64,000 nt of DNA from Thermoanaerobaculia bacterium (GCA_019911795.1 JAIOJS010000312.1:3864-67863); one strand, 5' to 3'; shown: positions 46,995-58,600, numbered from the stretch's first letter. Notes: generated by a model not told the origin, from the letters alone. Numbers and translations: made by a program.

Positions 46995-48473
46995 GTGATC
47001 CGACCGACGATGATGAAATGTGGAGCGGTTGTGTGGATGTTCCTCGCGGTGCCGATGTTGGCCGAGGTGATTGCAGTGCCCGGCGACAGTGGCACGATTC
47101 AGGGAGCGCTCGACGCCGCCCAGCCCGGCGACGTCGTGGAGGTTGCCACGGGTACCTACTTCGAGAAGGTCGTGTTTCCGAGGAGCGGAACCCTTGGACA
47201 ACCCATCGTGTTGCGGGCCGGTGATGGTGCCCAAGTCGTTCTCGACGGGACTGGTGTCGGGGGAGAGAACATGGTCCTCATCGAATCACGAAGTCACGTG
47301 CAGCTGATCGGTTTCGAGATCCGCAACAATTTGGCGGTCACCGATGGTTCGGGAGTCCGTATTGTGGGCGCGGCGAGTGGGGTAGAGATTCGCAACAACT
47401 CCATCCATGAGATCCGCGGAGAGAATGCGATGGGGATCACGGTGTACGGGACCGAAACGGCTCCCATCGAAGACCTGGTGATTCAGGGCAATGAGATCTT
47501 TGACTGTGAGCCGGCGCCGAGCGAGGCCCTGACCCTCAACGGCAACGTGACGGATTTCGAGGTCAGCGGAAACTTCGTTCACGACGTAGACAACATCGGC
47601 ATCGATTTCATCGGTGGCGAGACCGACATTCAGCCCAATCCCGCCCTGGTGGCTCGCAATGGTGTGGTCCGTGGCAACACCGTGCTCAGGGCTAATTCGA
47701 TCTACGAGGGTGGCTACGCGGGTGGTATTTACGTCGACGGGGGACGCGACATCCTGATCGAGAACAATCGAGTGGGAGAATCCGACCTGGGGATAGAGAT
47801 CGGTGCCGAGAACGCGGGGCTCGTCACCACCGGAATCGTCGTTCGCAACAATGTGCTGCATCACAACGAGCGCGCCGGCATCGTTTTCGGCGGCTACGAG
47901 GCGGCGGTGGGACGGGCCAACGGCAACTCGTTCACCGGCAATACGCTGTTCGCCAACAATACGGTCGGAGAGAACGGTACGGGAACTCACTTCGTGGGCG
48001 GTGGTATCGGCGAGATCTGGGTCCAGTTCGCGGCCGACAATGTCGTCTCTGGCAACATCGTCTTCGCCGGTCCAGAAAACGTCTTCGTCGGATCTTTCGA
48101 TGCCGGCAGCAGTCTGAACAACGCTTTTGACTACAACCTCTATTTCGGCTCCGAGAATGTTTCCGAGGGCGAGTTTAGTCACAACGGGACTGGCTTCGTC
48201 GGTCTCCCGGACTGGCAGTCGGGGACGGGACTCGACTCGAATTCGTTGGCTGCGGATCCACTCCTCGTCGACCCGACCTCGTCGGACTGGCAGCTGGGGT
48301 CTGGTTCGCCGGCCATCGACCGGGGAGACCCCAGTTATGTGGTGAGTCCCGGTGAGTCTGACTTCGGAGGAGGATCCCGGGTGGCCGGGGGACGCATCGA
48401 TATTGGAGCGGAAGAGGTTGATGTTGTCCTGTTCGCCGACGGTTTCGAGACGGGCGACCTATCGGCCTGGTAG
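46995..48473 (+). CDS. Secreted right-handed parallel beta-helix (pectate-lyase-fold) protein ending in a conserved DGFETGDLSAW tail
   Basis: Signal peptide MMKCGAVVWMFLAVPMLAEVIA. Repeated beta-helix rungs of the pattern ...NN.I/V...G..GI.V (IRNNLAVTDGSGVRIVGAASGVEIRNNSIHEI...VRGNTVL...IENNRVGES...VRNNVLHHNERAGIVF). The C-terminal residues are LFADGFETGDLSAW. Confidence 0.6.
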   Translation: MIRPTMMKCGAVVWMFLAVPMLAEVIAVPGDSGTIQGALDAAQPGDVVEVATGTYFEKVVFPRSGTLGQPIVLRAGDGAQVVLDGTGVGGENMVLIESRSHVQLIGFEIRNNLAVTDGSGVRIVGAASGVEIRNNSIHEIRGENAMGITVYGTETAPIEDLVIQGNEIFDCEPAPSEALTLNGNVTDFEVSGNFVHDVDNIGIDFIGGETDIQPNPALVARNGVVRGNTVLRANSIYEGGYAGGIYVDGGRDILIENNRVGESDLGIEIGAENAGLVTTGIVVRNNVLHHNERAGIVFGGYEAAVGRANGNSFTGNTLFANNTVGENGTGTHFVGGGIGEIWVQFAADNVVSGNIVFAGPENVFVGSFDAGSSLNNAFDYNLYFGSENVSEGEFSHNGTGFVGLPDWQSGTGLDSNSLAADPLLVDPTSSDWQLGSGSPAIDRGDPSYVVSPGESDFGGGSRVAGGRIDIGAEEVDVVLFADGFETGDLSAW

Positions 48474-48559
48474 AACCCTCGAGTTGGTAGGAGCGTCTGC
48501 AGGTCGAACGGAGGTCCGAGGGTCCCTGTGGTACATTTCGCCTCTAGCGAAAAACTGCC

Positions 48560-50041
48560 ATGTCGGATCCCTCTGCTCGCCTACGTTTCATCCTTGGCCT
48601 CAAGCTGAAGCAGCTGCGCAGCGAGCACGGCTGGACTCTCAAGGAGGCGGCTTCTCGAGCCGGACTTTCCTTCTCCTACCTCAGTGAGATCGAGAAGGGG
48701 AAGAAATACCCGACCCCGTCCAAACTGTTGGAACTCGCCGAAACCTACGGAGTTCCGTTCGACGATCTCGTCTCGCTGCGCTTGAGCGACGATCTCGCTC
48801 CGATCCAGGAGATTCTCGGATCGGATCTGTTGCGCGAGTTCCCACTCGAGATGTTTGGCCTGCGTCGAGAGGATCTCCTGTCGCTCGCCACCGATGCGCC
48901 CGACAAGGCGGGCGCCCTTGTTGGGGCTCTGCTCGACGTGGGGCGAACGTATGACCTTCAGGTAGAACACTTCCTCCTCGCTGCACTTCGTTCCTACCAA
49001 CAGACTCACCGGAACTACTTTGCCGATCTCGAGGCGGCGGCGCTCGATCTCCGCAAGACCCTGGGTTGGGGACTCGAAGAACCCTTGGATCTTCCGATGC
49101 TTCGTCGCCATCTCGAAGAGCAGTTCGGATTGGCGATAGATACTGACGCACTGTCCGAGGATCCCGACCTCTCAGGTTTTCGGTCAGTGTTTCTGGCGGG
49201 TCCTCCGGCCCGATTGTTGGTCAATGGACGACTCCTGGCGTCGCAGCAGAGGTTTGTCCTCGCTCGTGAGCTCGGCTATCGAGTCCTGAACCTACCCGAG
49301 TACGCTCCGACCTCGTCCTGGCTCCGTATCGAGTCCTTTGAACAGCTCCTCAGCAACTTCAGAGCGTCCTACTTTGCGGGTGCCCTGCTCATGCCGGAGG
49401 AACCGGCGAGGCTGGGGATTCAGCGTCTCTTCGACGCGGCGACCTGGGAACCCGCTCGGGTTCGGGATCTGCGAAGGGAGTTCGACGTCACGCCCGAGAT
49501 GTTGGCCTATCGTCTCACCCAGCTCGCGCCGCGACACCTTGGTCTCGAAGAGCTCTTTTTCCTACGGTTCGCTCGACGCCGCACGACCGGCAGCTACCGA
49601 CTGACCAAGGTGTTCAATCTTTCGCGGGTGCCGGTTCCCCACGGCCTGGGACGGCATGAGCACTATTGCCGCCGCTGGCCAGCGATGCGGCTGCTCGGTC
49701 AGGAGGCCACGGCGGCGTCAGCCGACGTCACCTTGCAGCGAAGTCACTTCGTTACCGAGGACGCAGAGTTCCTTATCCTGACCCAGTCCCGTCCCTTGGC
49801 CCTCAGTGACGACGCGGAGTCCGCAGTGTCGGTGGGCTTTCTGGTCGACCGGTCGTTGCGCTCTCGAGTGAAGTACCTCGAAGACGCCAGCATCCCTAGA
49901 TTCGAGGTGGGTCTAACCTGTGAACGGTGTCCGCTTTCAGAAAGCGACTGCTCGGAGCGGGTTGCTGAGCCGACGCTGCTGCGCGCGAGGCTCCTTCGAG
50001 AAAGGCAGGAACAAGCGTTGATCCGCCTCGGTGTAGTTTAG
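48560..50041 (+). CDS. XRE-family HTH regulator with ImmA/IrrE-like and DUF2083-like C-terminal region (RamB/ScfR-like regulator of acetate metabolism)
   Basis: The N-terminal Cro/C1 HTH is LKQLRSEHGWTLKEAASRAGLSFSYLSEIEKGKKYPTPSKLLELAETYGV. A large ~400-aa C-terminal domain follows. It lies immediately upstream of malate synthase and isocitrate lyase, as for RamB. Confidence 0.65.
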   Translation: MSDPSARLRFILGLKLKQLRSEHGWTLKEAASRAGLSFSYLSEIEKGKKYPTPSKLLELAETYGVPFDDLVSLRLSDDLAPIQEILGSDLLREFPLEMFGLRREDLLSLATDAPDKAGALVGALLDVGRTYDLQVEHFLLAALRSYQQTHRNYFADLEAAALDLRKTLGWGLEEPLDLPMLRRHLEEQFGLAIDTDALSEDPDLSGFRSVFLAGPPARLLVNGRLLASQQRFVLARELGYRVLNLPEYAPTSSWLRIESFEQLLSNFRASYFAGALLMPEEPARLGIQRLFDAATWEPARVRDLRREFDVTPEMLAYRLTQLAPRHLGLEELFFLRFARRRTTGSYRLTKVFNLSRVPVPHGLGRHEHYCRRWPAMRLLGQEATAASADVTLQRSHFVTEDAEFLILTQSRPLALSDDAESAVSVGFLVDRSLRSRVKYLEDASIPRFEVGLTCERCPLSESDCSERVAEPTLLRARLLRERQEQALIRLGVV

Positions 50042-50120
50042 GGTTGCTGGTCGGTTTTGGCTTTCTGGCGTCAGCGAAATTTCGCTTGACACGAAGTTTC
50101 TCTCATGAGAGAGTGTCGCC

Positions 50121-51845
50121 ATGCCGCAATCAGCCAAGCCATCTCTCGCCCTCGGCGAGGCCATCGCTCCGCCTTCCGGGGTAGAGCTCCCGGCGCTCTT
50201 TCGAACCGAAGCTGCATCTCGGGTTCTCGATGTCGAGACCCTCGGACGGTTGGAGCGCCTACACCGAAAGCTGGAACCCATTCGACGGGAGCTTCTCTTC
50301 TGTCGGACGGAGCGACAGCGGCATTGGGATCAAGGTGGGTTGCCCGCTGCTCCCTCTGATGCCGAGGCACGGGCGGGTCGAGATTCTGAGTGGCAGATCG
50401 CGCCTCTGCCGCCAGACCTCCTGAGACGTCGGGTGGAGATCACCGGGCCCGTCGACGACGCCAAGATGGTTCTCAACATGCTCTCGGAGGGCGCCGATGG
50501 TCTGATGGCCGACGCGGCGATGCTCGATTTCGAGGACTCCATGCGACCGACCTGGGCCAACGTTCTGCGCGGACACGAGAACCTTCTGGCCGCGGTGGAG
50601 GGCACTCTCGAGTATCGACGACCGGCCACCACCTCTCGGCCGGCCAAGACCTACCGACTCGACTCCTCTCGAACTCCTACCTTGATGGTGCGATGTCGCG
50701 GACTTCATCTGGATGAGCCGCACGTTCTCGTCGATGGTCAGCCCCTCTCGGCGGGGCTCTTCGACATGGCCCTGGCCTTCCTGCGGTGTGGGCGAACGCT
50801 CGTCGCCCAGGGACGCACCCCAGCCTTCTACGTTCCCAAAATAGAGAGCCACCAGGAAGCCGGCTGGTGGTCTAGCCTCTTTCGTGAGCTGGAGGTAATG
50901 GAGGGATTGCCGACCGGTACCTTGCGGGCCACCTTCTTGATCGAGACCCTACCCGCAGCAATGCAGATGGAAGAGATCCTCTATCGGGTTCGGCTCCATG
51001 CCGCAGGACTGAATGTCGGCCGCTGGGACAAGATCTTCTCGGACATCAGGGTACTCATGGAGCACCCTGATCGGGTCCTGGGAGACCGTGCCACGTTGAC
51101 GATGGACCGTCGTTGGATGCATGGCTATGCCCAGCGACTGATCAACGTTTGTCATCGGCGCGGTGCCTTCGCCATGGGGGGGATGTCGGCGTTGACTCCC
51201 GGACAATCGGGGCAGAAGCGCGAGGCGCAGAGAGCGGGAGTGCTGGCCGACAAGCAGTCCGAAGCGGCGCTGGGCCATGATGGTTGCTGGGTCAGTCATC
51301 CCTACTTCATCGGGACTGCCTTGGCCGCCTTCTCCGACGACCATCAGTTGGACCGGATACCTGAGGCGCCTCCGTTGGATGTCCTGCTGCCAGAGGGAGG
51401 AGGACCGTACACCCTCGAGGGCCTGCGGGAGAATGTTCGCGTCGGCATCGCCTACCTCGAAGGTTGGGAACGCGGCCGGGGCTGCGTTGCCTGGGATGAT
51501 CGGATGGAAGACCTCGCGACGCTCGAGATATCCAGAGTTCAAACCCTGCAGTGGCTACGGCATGCCGTCACCCTGCAAGATGGCCGGACCGTCGATCGCT
51601 CGCTGGTCGAGGAGGTCTTTGCGAAGGAGACGGAGTCGATCCTCGACCCACTCGTGGCAACGGGTGCTTCGAGCCATGCCATCAAGCGTTTTCGTCGGGC
51701 CGCCGCCACCGCCGTCGCCCTCTACACCGAGACACCCCCGAGACCCTTTCTGTCGCTCCTCGAGGACGGAAGGGTAGAGATCGAACCTGTTTCCTGGGGG
51801 GCAGTCTCCCGCAACATTCACTTGGACCACGAGGAGAGGACATGA
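50121..51845 (+). CDS. aceB: Malate synthase A
   Basis: [39 protein letters not shown] contains the catalytic 'DFEDS' region. The protein is ~570 aa. Its stop overlaps the ICL start (ATGA). Confidence 0.8.
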   Translation: MPQSAKPSLALGEAIAPPSGVELPALFRTEAASRVLDVETLGRLERLHRKLEPIRRELLFCRTERQRHWDQGGLPAAPSDAEARAGRDSEWQIAPLPPDLLRRRVEITGPVDDAKMVLNMLSEGADGLMADAAMLDFEDSMRPTWANVLRGHENLLAAVEGTLEYRRPATTSRPAKTYRLDSSRTPTLMVRCRGLHLDEPHVLVDGQPLSAGLFDMALAFLRCGRTLVAQGRTPAFYVPKIESHQEAGWWSSLFRELEVMEGLPTGTLRATFLIETLPAAMQMEEILYRVRLHAAGLNVGRWDKIFSDIRVLMEHPDRVLGDRATLTMDRRWMHGYAQRLINVCHRRGAFAMGGMSALTPGQSGQKREAQRAGVLADKQSEAALGHDGCWVSHPYFIGTALAAFSDDHQLDRIPEAPPLDVLLPEGGGPYTLEGLRENVRVGIAYLEGWERGRGCVAWDDRMEDLATLEISRVQTLQWLRHAVTLQDGRTVDRSLVEEVFAKETESILDPLVATGASSHAIKRFRRAAATAVALYTETPPRPFLSLLEDGRVEIEPVSWGAVSRNIHLDHEERT

Positions 51846-53137
51846 CGAACAGGACAAACATCGAATCACCCAACTGCGACGGAGCCATCGAGAGCGGGAC
51901 TGGCGACCGTTGGGCTGGAGTCCAACGTCCATACAGCGCACAGGATGTCTCCCGTCTGTCGAACTCATTCGAGATCGAACACAGCCTGGCGCGGCGTGGT
52001 GCCGAGCGTCTCTGGGCGCTTCTCCATGAGCGCAACTATGTGCCCGCTCTCGGCGCTCTGACCGGCAATCAAGCGATGCAACAAGTCAAAGCCGGACTCG
52101 AGGCGATCTACCTTTCGGGTTGGCAGGTGGCGGCAGACGCCAACCTTGCCGGACAGATGTACCCCGACCAGAGTCTCTACCCGGCCAACTCGGTTCCGGA
52201 GGTGGTTCGAAGGATTAACCGTACACTGATGCGTGCGGACCAGATCGACCGCGCCGAGGGGAGCCATGACGATACCTACTGGATGGCGCCGATCGTCGCT
52301 GATGCGGAAGCGGGATTCGGTGGCGCTCTGCACGCTTTTGAGCTCACCAAGGCGTTGATCGAGGCGGGAGCGGCTGGAATCCACTTCGAGGATCAGCTCG
52401 CCGCCGAGAAGAAGTGTGGACACCTTGGGGGCAAAGTGCTGGTACCAACACAGCAGTTCATCGCGACCCTGACGGCTGCTCGCCTGGCGGCGGATGTCTC
52501 CGGGGTTCCGACCGTTCTGATCGCCCGCACCGATGCGGACAGTGCACGACTGATGACCTCCGACATCGATCCCCGCGATCGTCCCTTCCTGACCGGAGAG
52601 CGCACTCCGGAGGGTTTCTTCAGAACCACGGGAGGAATGGAGGTCGCGATTGCTCGCGGCCTGGCCTACGCTCCTTATGCTGACCTCTTGTGGTGCGAAA
52701 CCTCCAGACCAGACCTCGAGCAGGCGCGGCGCTTTGCCGAGGCGATCCACGATCGGTTTCCTGGCAAGCTCCTCGCTTACAATTGCTCCCCGTCGTTCAA
52801 CTGGAGAAGCAATCTGGACGAAGTCACCATCCGTCGCTTCCAACGGGAGCTGGGTGCGATGGGATACAAGTTCCAGTTTGTGACCTTGGCCGGCTTCCAC
52901 GCCCTCAATTTCGGCATGTTCAGCCTCGCCCACGAGTATCGACGCCGTGGAATGGAAGCCTACTCTGATCTCCAGGAATCGGAGTTTGCGGCCGAGAGCC
53001 TCGGGTATACCGCAACGCGGCATCAACGTGAGGTCGGTACGGGTTACTTCGACCAGGTGCGACAGGTGATCAACGGAGGCGAAGCCACCACTACGGCGAT
53101 GGCGGAGTCGACCGAGACGGCTCAGTTCTCGGTCTAG
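51842..53137 (+). CDS. aceA: Isocitrate lyase
   Basis: The ICL hallmark [13 protein letters not shown] (K-K-C-G-H) is present, with [21 protein letters not shown] and [15 protein letters not shown] moved the start to the ATG at 51842 ([10 protein letters not shown]...), which gives 431 aa. The upstream part of the track ORF overlaps aceB and is rejected. Confidence 0.9.
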   Translation: MTNRTNIESPNCDGAIESGTGDRWAGVQRPYSAQDVSRLSNSFEIEHSLARRGAERLWALLHERNYVPALGALTGNQAMQQVKAGLEAIYLSGWQVAADANLAGQMYPDQSLYPANSVPEVVRRINRTLMRADQIDRAEGSHDDTYWMAPIVADAEAGFGGALHAFELTKALIEAGAAGIHFEDQLAAEKKCGHLGGKVLVPTQQFIATLTAARLAADVSGVPTVLIARTDADSARLMTSDIDPRDRPFLTGERTPEGFFRTTGGMEVAIARGLAYAPYADLLWCETSRPDLEQARRFAEAIHDRFPGKLLAYNCSPSFNWRSNLDEVTIRRFQRELGAMGYKFQFVTLAGFHALNFGMFSLAHEYRRRGMEAYSDLQESEFAAESLGYTATRHQREVGTGYFDQVRQVINGGEATTTAMAESTETAQFSV

Positions 53138-53228
53138 GCCGTCGAAGTCCTCACGAGAGGCGCGAACACACCACGGCTCGAGTGAGGGTCCCGTTTCTTT
53201 GTCGGTAGCCTCCGTGTACGATTGCCGG

Positions 53229-54437
53229 ATGAGCGAGAACCAAGACTTCGCATCAATGCTGGCTGCTTTCGATCAGGAGCAGGCCGAGGTGCGTCGACCG
53301 GCGCCCAAGGTCGGCGCCAAGATTTCGGGTACCGTTCTGTCTATCGGAGCTGAGGTGGCCTTTGTCGACATCGGCGATAAGGCGGAGGGTGTCCTACCCG
53401 TCGACGAGATGTGCGACGCCGAAGGAGACCTCGCCTACGCGGTGGGGGATTCGATCGAAGCGTTGGTCAGCGGACAGGACCCGGCGGGTGCCTGGCTTCT
53501 CCGCTTGCGGCCGGGACGGGGAGAAACTCTGCCTGAGGAGATTCGGGCGGCTCAGGAGCACGGTCTCCCGGTCGAAGGGATGGTAACGGGCGTCAACAAG
53601 GGCGGTGCCGAGGTGCAAGTTGCCGGCATGCGTGCCTTCTGTCCGATCTCTCAGCTGGATTCCCGCTACGTCGAAGACCCGGCGGTCTTCGTCGGGCAGC
53701 GCCTGCGGTTTCGGGTCACCAAGTTCGAGGCGGGCGGACAGGGTCGTTCGGCCAATCTCGTCCTTTCGCGTCGAGCGCTCCTCGAGGAGGAGGCAGCCAA
53801 GCTGGCGGAGGAGACTCGCAAGACCCTGAAGGCAGGGGTCGTAGTCCGCGGAACCATCACCTCGATCGCTTCGTTCGGCGCTTTTGTCGACCTCGGTGGC
53901 ATCGATGGACTGCTCCACGTCAGCGAAATGAGCTACCAGCGGGTGGAGGATCCGAAGGAGCTCTTCACCGTGGGGCAGGAGGTTGAGGTTCAGGTCGTCA
54001 AGATCGAACGCCGTGAGGCGGGGGACGAGGAGCGCATCTCCCTATCTCTGAAGGCCCTCAAACCCGACCCCTGGTCCACTGCGGCCGAACTATTTCGCGT
54101 GGGATCAGCCGTGAGTGGGACCGTGGTGAAGCTCGAGCCCTTCGGCGCCTTTATCGAGGTCGCGCCGGGAATTCAGGGCCTCGCTCATGTCAGCGAACTG
54201 GGACAGTCGCAGAGGGTTCACCACGCACGGGACGTACTGTCGGTAGGTCAACGGGTCGAAGCCAAAGTGCTCGATATCGACCTCGAGCGCAAGCGTCTTT
54301 CGCTCTCCCTCGGTGCCCTACGGGCCGACGCGGCGGCCGCAGCGGAGGCTGCCGACAAGCAAGCCTTCGAACAGCGGCAAGAGGGAAGTGGCGGATTCGG
54401 CTCCTTGGCTGACTTCTTCCCCGACAACAAGTCCTAG
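53229..54437 (+). CDS. S1 RNA-binding-domain protein (ribosomal protein S1-like, four S1 domains)
   Basis: Four tandem S1 domains of ~70 aa each have the pattern G..V.G.V..I..FGAFV.L.GGIDGLLHVSE (for example GVVVRGTITSIASFGAFVDLGGIDGLLHVSEMS). It is shorter than canonical 6-domain RpsA. I placed the start at the ATG at 53229. Confidence 0.65.
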   Translation: MSENQDFASMLAAFDQEQAEVRRPAPKVGAKISGTVLSIGAEVAFVDIGDKAEGVLPVDEMCDAEGDLAYAVGDSIEALVSGQDPAGAWLLRLRPGRGETLPEEIRAAQEHGLPVEGMVTGVNKGGAEVQVAGMRAFCPISQLDSRYVEDPAVFVGQRLRFRVTKFEAGGQGRSANLVLSRRALLEEEAAKLAEETRKTLKAGVVVRGTITSIASFGAFVDLGGIDGLLHVSEMSYQRVEDPKELFTVGQEVEVQVVKIERREAGDEERISLSLKALKPDPWSTAAELFRVGSAVSGTVVKLEPFGAFIEVAPGIQGLAHVSELGQSQRVHHARDVLSVGQRVEAKVLDIDLERKRLSLSLGALRADAAAAAEAADKQAFEQRQEGSGGFGSLADFFPDNKS

Positions 54438-54462
54438 GGAGCGAAGCTCCGCTAGCGACTCG

Positions 54463-54496
54463 AACTAGGTGTCCTCGGGAACTAGGTGTCCTCGGG
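54463..54496. repeat. Perfect 17-bp tandem direct duplication (aactaggtgtcctcggg x2) in the convergent S1/PilZ intergenic region
   Basis: Seen directly: gAACTAGGTGTCCTCGGGAACTAGGTGTCCTCGGG. A GGAGC-GAA-GCTCC hairpin at 54438..54450 lies just after the S1 stop codon. Confidence 0.6.
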
Positions 54497-54889
54497 CTTC
54501 TTCTCGGTGATGAATCGAACCTCGGTCGTCTCCCGGGAGACTTCGAACAGTCCGCTCAAGATCTCGTGATCCTCGGGGGCGATGTCGAGAAACTCGATGC
54601 CGACGTCGAACTCCCCGTTGGGAAGTGGAGTTTGGTACACCACCCGACCCTTGGCGCTGAAGGCCCGGGGACGCACCGAGATCATCAACTCGACCACTCC
54701 GCCGATGCCGAGGGGGTGGCTCGAGGAAATGCCGCAGCCGCCCAGCCCGACCGTATGGGTCTTGACGAAGCGATCCAATCGCTCTCCCTCGACGGCAGTC
54801 ACCAAGACGGTGTGTCTGGACGCGATCCTCGGGTAGCGGCGGGGTCGACTGTTCATCGAAATCCTCGTGGAGTTTGCTTGATCGTTCAT
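54482..54889 (-). CDS. PilZ-domain (c-di-GMP-binding) protein
   Basis: RPRRYPRIA (RxxxR) followed by VGLGGCGISSSHPLGIGGVVELMISV (D/NxSxGG) form the bipartite PilZ c-di-GMP-binding motif. Confidence 0.55.
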   Translation of the reverse strand: MNDQANSTRISMNSRPRRYPRIASRHTVLVTAVEGERLDRFVKTHTVGLGGCGISSSHPLGIGGVVELMISVRPRAFSAKGRVVYQTPLPNGEFDVGIEFLDIAPEDHEILSGLFEVSRETTEVRFITEKKPEDT

Positions 54890-54948
54890 CGTACCATCGG
54901 CTGGCCTGGTCCGTCAGACCCACTGCAGCCCACTTCTGCCACAGACTC

Positions 54949-55563
54949 CTACGGAGTACGTACTTCGTCCCCCTCGAAGGTCAGCCGAGGATCACTTAGC
55001 TCCAAGAGATCGCCGAGTTCGTAGACGTTCTGATAGCCATAGGTCCACAAGGTGATGAAGGTCGGGATGTTCAGAGCGGCCGCGGGCGCTTTCGTCGCGA
55101 AGGGTGCTCGTCCATCGGAGAAGTTGTTGTTGCAGTAGATCAGGACCGTCTTCGAGGGGTCGCCGATGACCCGGCGCAGACTCTGTTCGGTGAGGTCTGA
55201 GAGGTTCAGGTGCACGGCACCCGCAAGGTGCATCGAGGCGTAGGCGGGGCCGCTGCGGGTGTCGATGAGGATCGTGTCGGGCTCTTGGGCGAGTTCTAGG
55301 AAAGCCTCCACCGGCAGTAAGCGGGCCTCTCTCACCGATTGAACCTCGGCCGAGACTTCGAGAAACGACTGGAAATCGATGGTCTTGGCGGTGGTCTCCG
55401 CCGAGGCGAATGAAGTGACCAAGAACGAAGTAAGGAAGAGGATCGAGAGCAGAGATTGGCGATGCGGGTTTGACATGGTTAGGCCTCCTTGCCTAGAGAG
55501 ATGCAAGGCGCGAGCCACTTTTCTTGTCGGAGACCGAATCGAATGCACCGATCCACCGTCCAC
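54949..55563 (-). CDS. Secreted rhodanese-domain (sulfurtransferase-like) protein
   Basis: Signal peptide LLSILFLTSFLVTSFASA. The rhodanese fold has DTILIDTRSGPAYASMHLAGAVHL and the active-site loop TVLIYCNNNF (Cys). Confidence 0.6.
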   Translation of the reverse strand: MDGGSVHSIRSPTRKVARALHLSRQGGLTMSNPHRQSLLSILFLTSFLVTSFASAETTAKTIDFQSFLEVSAEVQSVREARLLPVEAFLELAQEPDTILIDTRSGPAYASMHLAGAVHLNLSDLTEQSLRRVIGDPSKTVLIYCNNNFSDGRAPFATKAPAAALNIPTFITLWTYGYQNVYELGDLLELSDPRLTFEGDEVRTP

Positions 55564-55600
55564 CGTGGACCGGTGGAGGACAAGCTCCCCCGACCCAGGC

Positions 55601-58600
55601 CTAGCGAATCGCGCCGGGGGCGCCGGTTTCGATCGGCGGGTCGGGTATCACAAGGGGCAGGGGAGGAGCCGCCTCGAGGGCTTCGAGGAGGAGTCGCACT
55701 CCGGCCTCTAGCGAAGGATCTTCGCCGGCCGCCACCTGATCGGGACGGTCCAGGACCTCGACGTCCGGAGCGACGCCCTCATTCTCGACCGCCCATTCGC
55801 CCGCAGGATTGAGGAACCGGAACCGAGGTACGAGGACGGCACCGCCATCCATCAGGTCGGGGTTGCCCGAGATTCCGATCAAGCCGCCCCATGTTCTGGT
55901 GCCGACTAGCTTGCCGAGGCCTTGCTGGCGGAAGTAGTACGGGAAAGCGTCTCCACCGGAGGAGCTATAGCCGTTGATGAGGACCGCTTTCGGCCCCTGG
56001 TGGGAGAAACCGGGAGTGGGAAAGGGAGCCGAGTTGCGCTGGGCCCAATAAGAAAGCAGGGGGCGCTGCAGGAGTTCGATCATCTGGAACGGGATGAAGC
56101 CTCCGCCGTTATAGCGCGCGTCGAGAAGGAGGGCATCCTTGTTGGACTGACCGTAGAAGCCCTTGAACATCTCCCGGTTGCCCTCGATGGCGGTGTTGGG
56201 AAGGTGGATGTAGCCGATGCGACCGCCGGAGAGATCGTTGACCCGCTGGCGTCGCGAAGCGACCCAGTCGAGGTATCGGAGGTTCGTTTCGCTGGCCACC
56301 GGTCGCACCTGCTCTAGCCGTTTCGCGCTAGACCCCGCAGACTGGACCTGAAGGGTGACGACCTGTCCGGCCCGGTTCTCGAGGAGGCGATAGAAGTTAT
56401 CAACCCCGAGGGTGGAGACACCGTCGACCGCCAGGATCAGATCTCCCACGGCGACTCTCACTCCGGGCTCGGTGAGGGGCGACCGAAGGTCGGCATGCCA
56501 GTTCTCGCCGGGGAAGATGTGGTCGATGCGGAAGGCGCCCGAGGTTGAGTCCCTCGTGATCTCCGCGCCGAGAAGACCATTGTCGCGACGCTCGATGCTT
56601 GCATCCGGGGAGCTCTGAACATAGGAGTGTCCCGCATTGAGTTCACCGATCAACTCGCCGAAGATGTAGTCGAGGTCACCCCGATGCCGCACGTGGGCGA
56701 CGAGGGGTTCGTACTTCTCGCGTATCGACAGCCAGTCGAGGCCGTGCATAGCGGGGTCGTAGAACCAGTCACGAGCAATGCGCCAAACGTCGACAAACTC
56801 CTGCGCCCACTCCGCCCGAGGCTCGATCCGTGTCTCGAGACCGTCGAGATTGATGGCGTCCGTAGCGAGGCTCTGTCCGGCGACGAGGTCGATCACCGAC
56901 ACCGTGTCGCCCTTCACCACCACTGCCTTGGTGCCGTTCGCAGAGATCTCATAGCCCCCGGCATCGGGCAGGACCGTGACCTCCTGTCGGCTCTCGAAGT
57001 CGTAGGTGCGCAAGGACGTCATGCCCTCGGCGGTCTTGAGGAAAGCGACGCCATTGGCGAGTCCCTCGAGCGAACGGTAGCTCCCCGACCCACCCGGAAG
57101 AGCCAGGATTCGCCGTTCGAAGCCTTCAACGTCGATCCGTACCGTAGGGATTGCGTCCGAGTTCCCCTCCACGGATGAGGGAACCGAGGTTGGAGCTGCA
57201 GAGGAGGTGGCGGTCACCTCGGGCGGACTGGACTCGGCCGGCTCCTCGTCACTCTCCGGTCGCAGGGGTGCTTCGCCGTCGGCCGAGAGTATCGCGACGT
57301 AGACGCGGGTGGGGTCGGTGTAGAGGAAGTCGAACTCGAAGTCGCTCTGAGTGAGGTTGAAGTCTCGGTTGGAGGTGAAGTACAGGTAGCGCCCCTGACG
57401 ACCCCAGGCGGGATCGCCTTCCTGGGTTTCATCGGAGGTGAGCCGAGCGGTGTTCCCTTGGGTGACATTCCAGACCCACAGGCTCTGCAGTCGAGTGGAC
57501 CCGGTCTTGAGGTAGACCAACCACTCGCTGTCAGGAGACCAGCGGTAGGTGGTGGGATCGGTAAATGGATCACGATCGATCTCGGTGATCTCGCCGCTTG
57601 CTATCTCGAGGACGCGGAGGCGGGCGGTGCGGTCGGCGAAGGCGAGTCTCTTACCATCGGGAGACCACTCGACGGCGTAGCTCCAGGTGGGGTTCTCGGC
57701 ACCATCCCGAGTGATTTGTCGCGGACTCCCGTTGCCGTCGGCGCTACGCAGCCACAGCTCGTATTCTCCCGTCTGATCACTCCAGTAGGCGATCCATCGG
57801 CCGTCGGGAGACCATGCCGGATCTCTCTCGCGAACTCCAGGGGTGCGGGTCAGGTTGCGGATCTCACCTTTCTTGGCCGGGGCGGAGAAGATCTCGCCGC
57901 GGGCTTCGATGGCGACCCGACTGCCGGTCGGAGAGATCGACGCCGAAGCGAGGTTGCCGACGACGTTGCGCCACTGCGGAAGAGCGGAGCCAAAATCGGC
58001 TGCGGCCCTGATGGGGATGCGGCGAGTCTCTCCCGACGACGGTTCGAAGCGCCAGATCCAGCCCCCCGCTTCGTAGACGATGGCATCGCGCCCCGCCGAG
58101 GGCCAGAGCACATCCCACGTTTGGTGAAACGTGACCTGGGTGGGCTCGGTGGCGCCGGGTCCGAGCGACCAGAGGTTGAGAGTTCCGCTGCGGTCGGAGG
58201 TGAAGTAGAGGGTGTCGGCAACCCACAGCGGCTGGTTGTCCGTTCCGATGAAGGAGGTCTTTCGTTCGGCCTTCTTCGACCCGATATCCCAGACCCAAAC
58301 ATCCTGGGCTCGCCCCCCTCGGTATCGCTTCCAGGTCCGATACTCACGGCTGATCGGGGTGTAGACGAACTGGGTGCCGTCGGGAGAGAGCATGCCACCG
58401 CCGCTCTCGGGGGGGCCGAGGGGTGTTTCCATACCGCCACTCGCATCGATCGTGAACGGACGGGTCATCCGCGGTCCCCAGGGGAGGCGATTGCCGAGGA
58501 ACACGATCCGCTGACCGTCGGGAGTCCAGTCGAGCACGCGGTAGTCCCAGCCACCACGTGGTGGCATCGGCCCCACGTCGTTGTACCAGGTCAGCTGGCG

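Noticed and set aside
47286-48182. 298-aa minus-strand ORF inside the beta-helix gene
   Set aside because: It is an antisense shadow. The plus frame shows regular beta-helix rungs, a signal peptide and the conserved C-terminal tail.
51551-51841. 97-codon N-terminal extension of the isocitrate lyase ORF
   Set aside because: It overlaps the 3' end of malate synthase in another frame. The conserved ICL N-terminus begins at the ATG at 51842.
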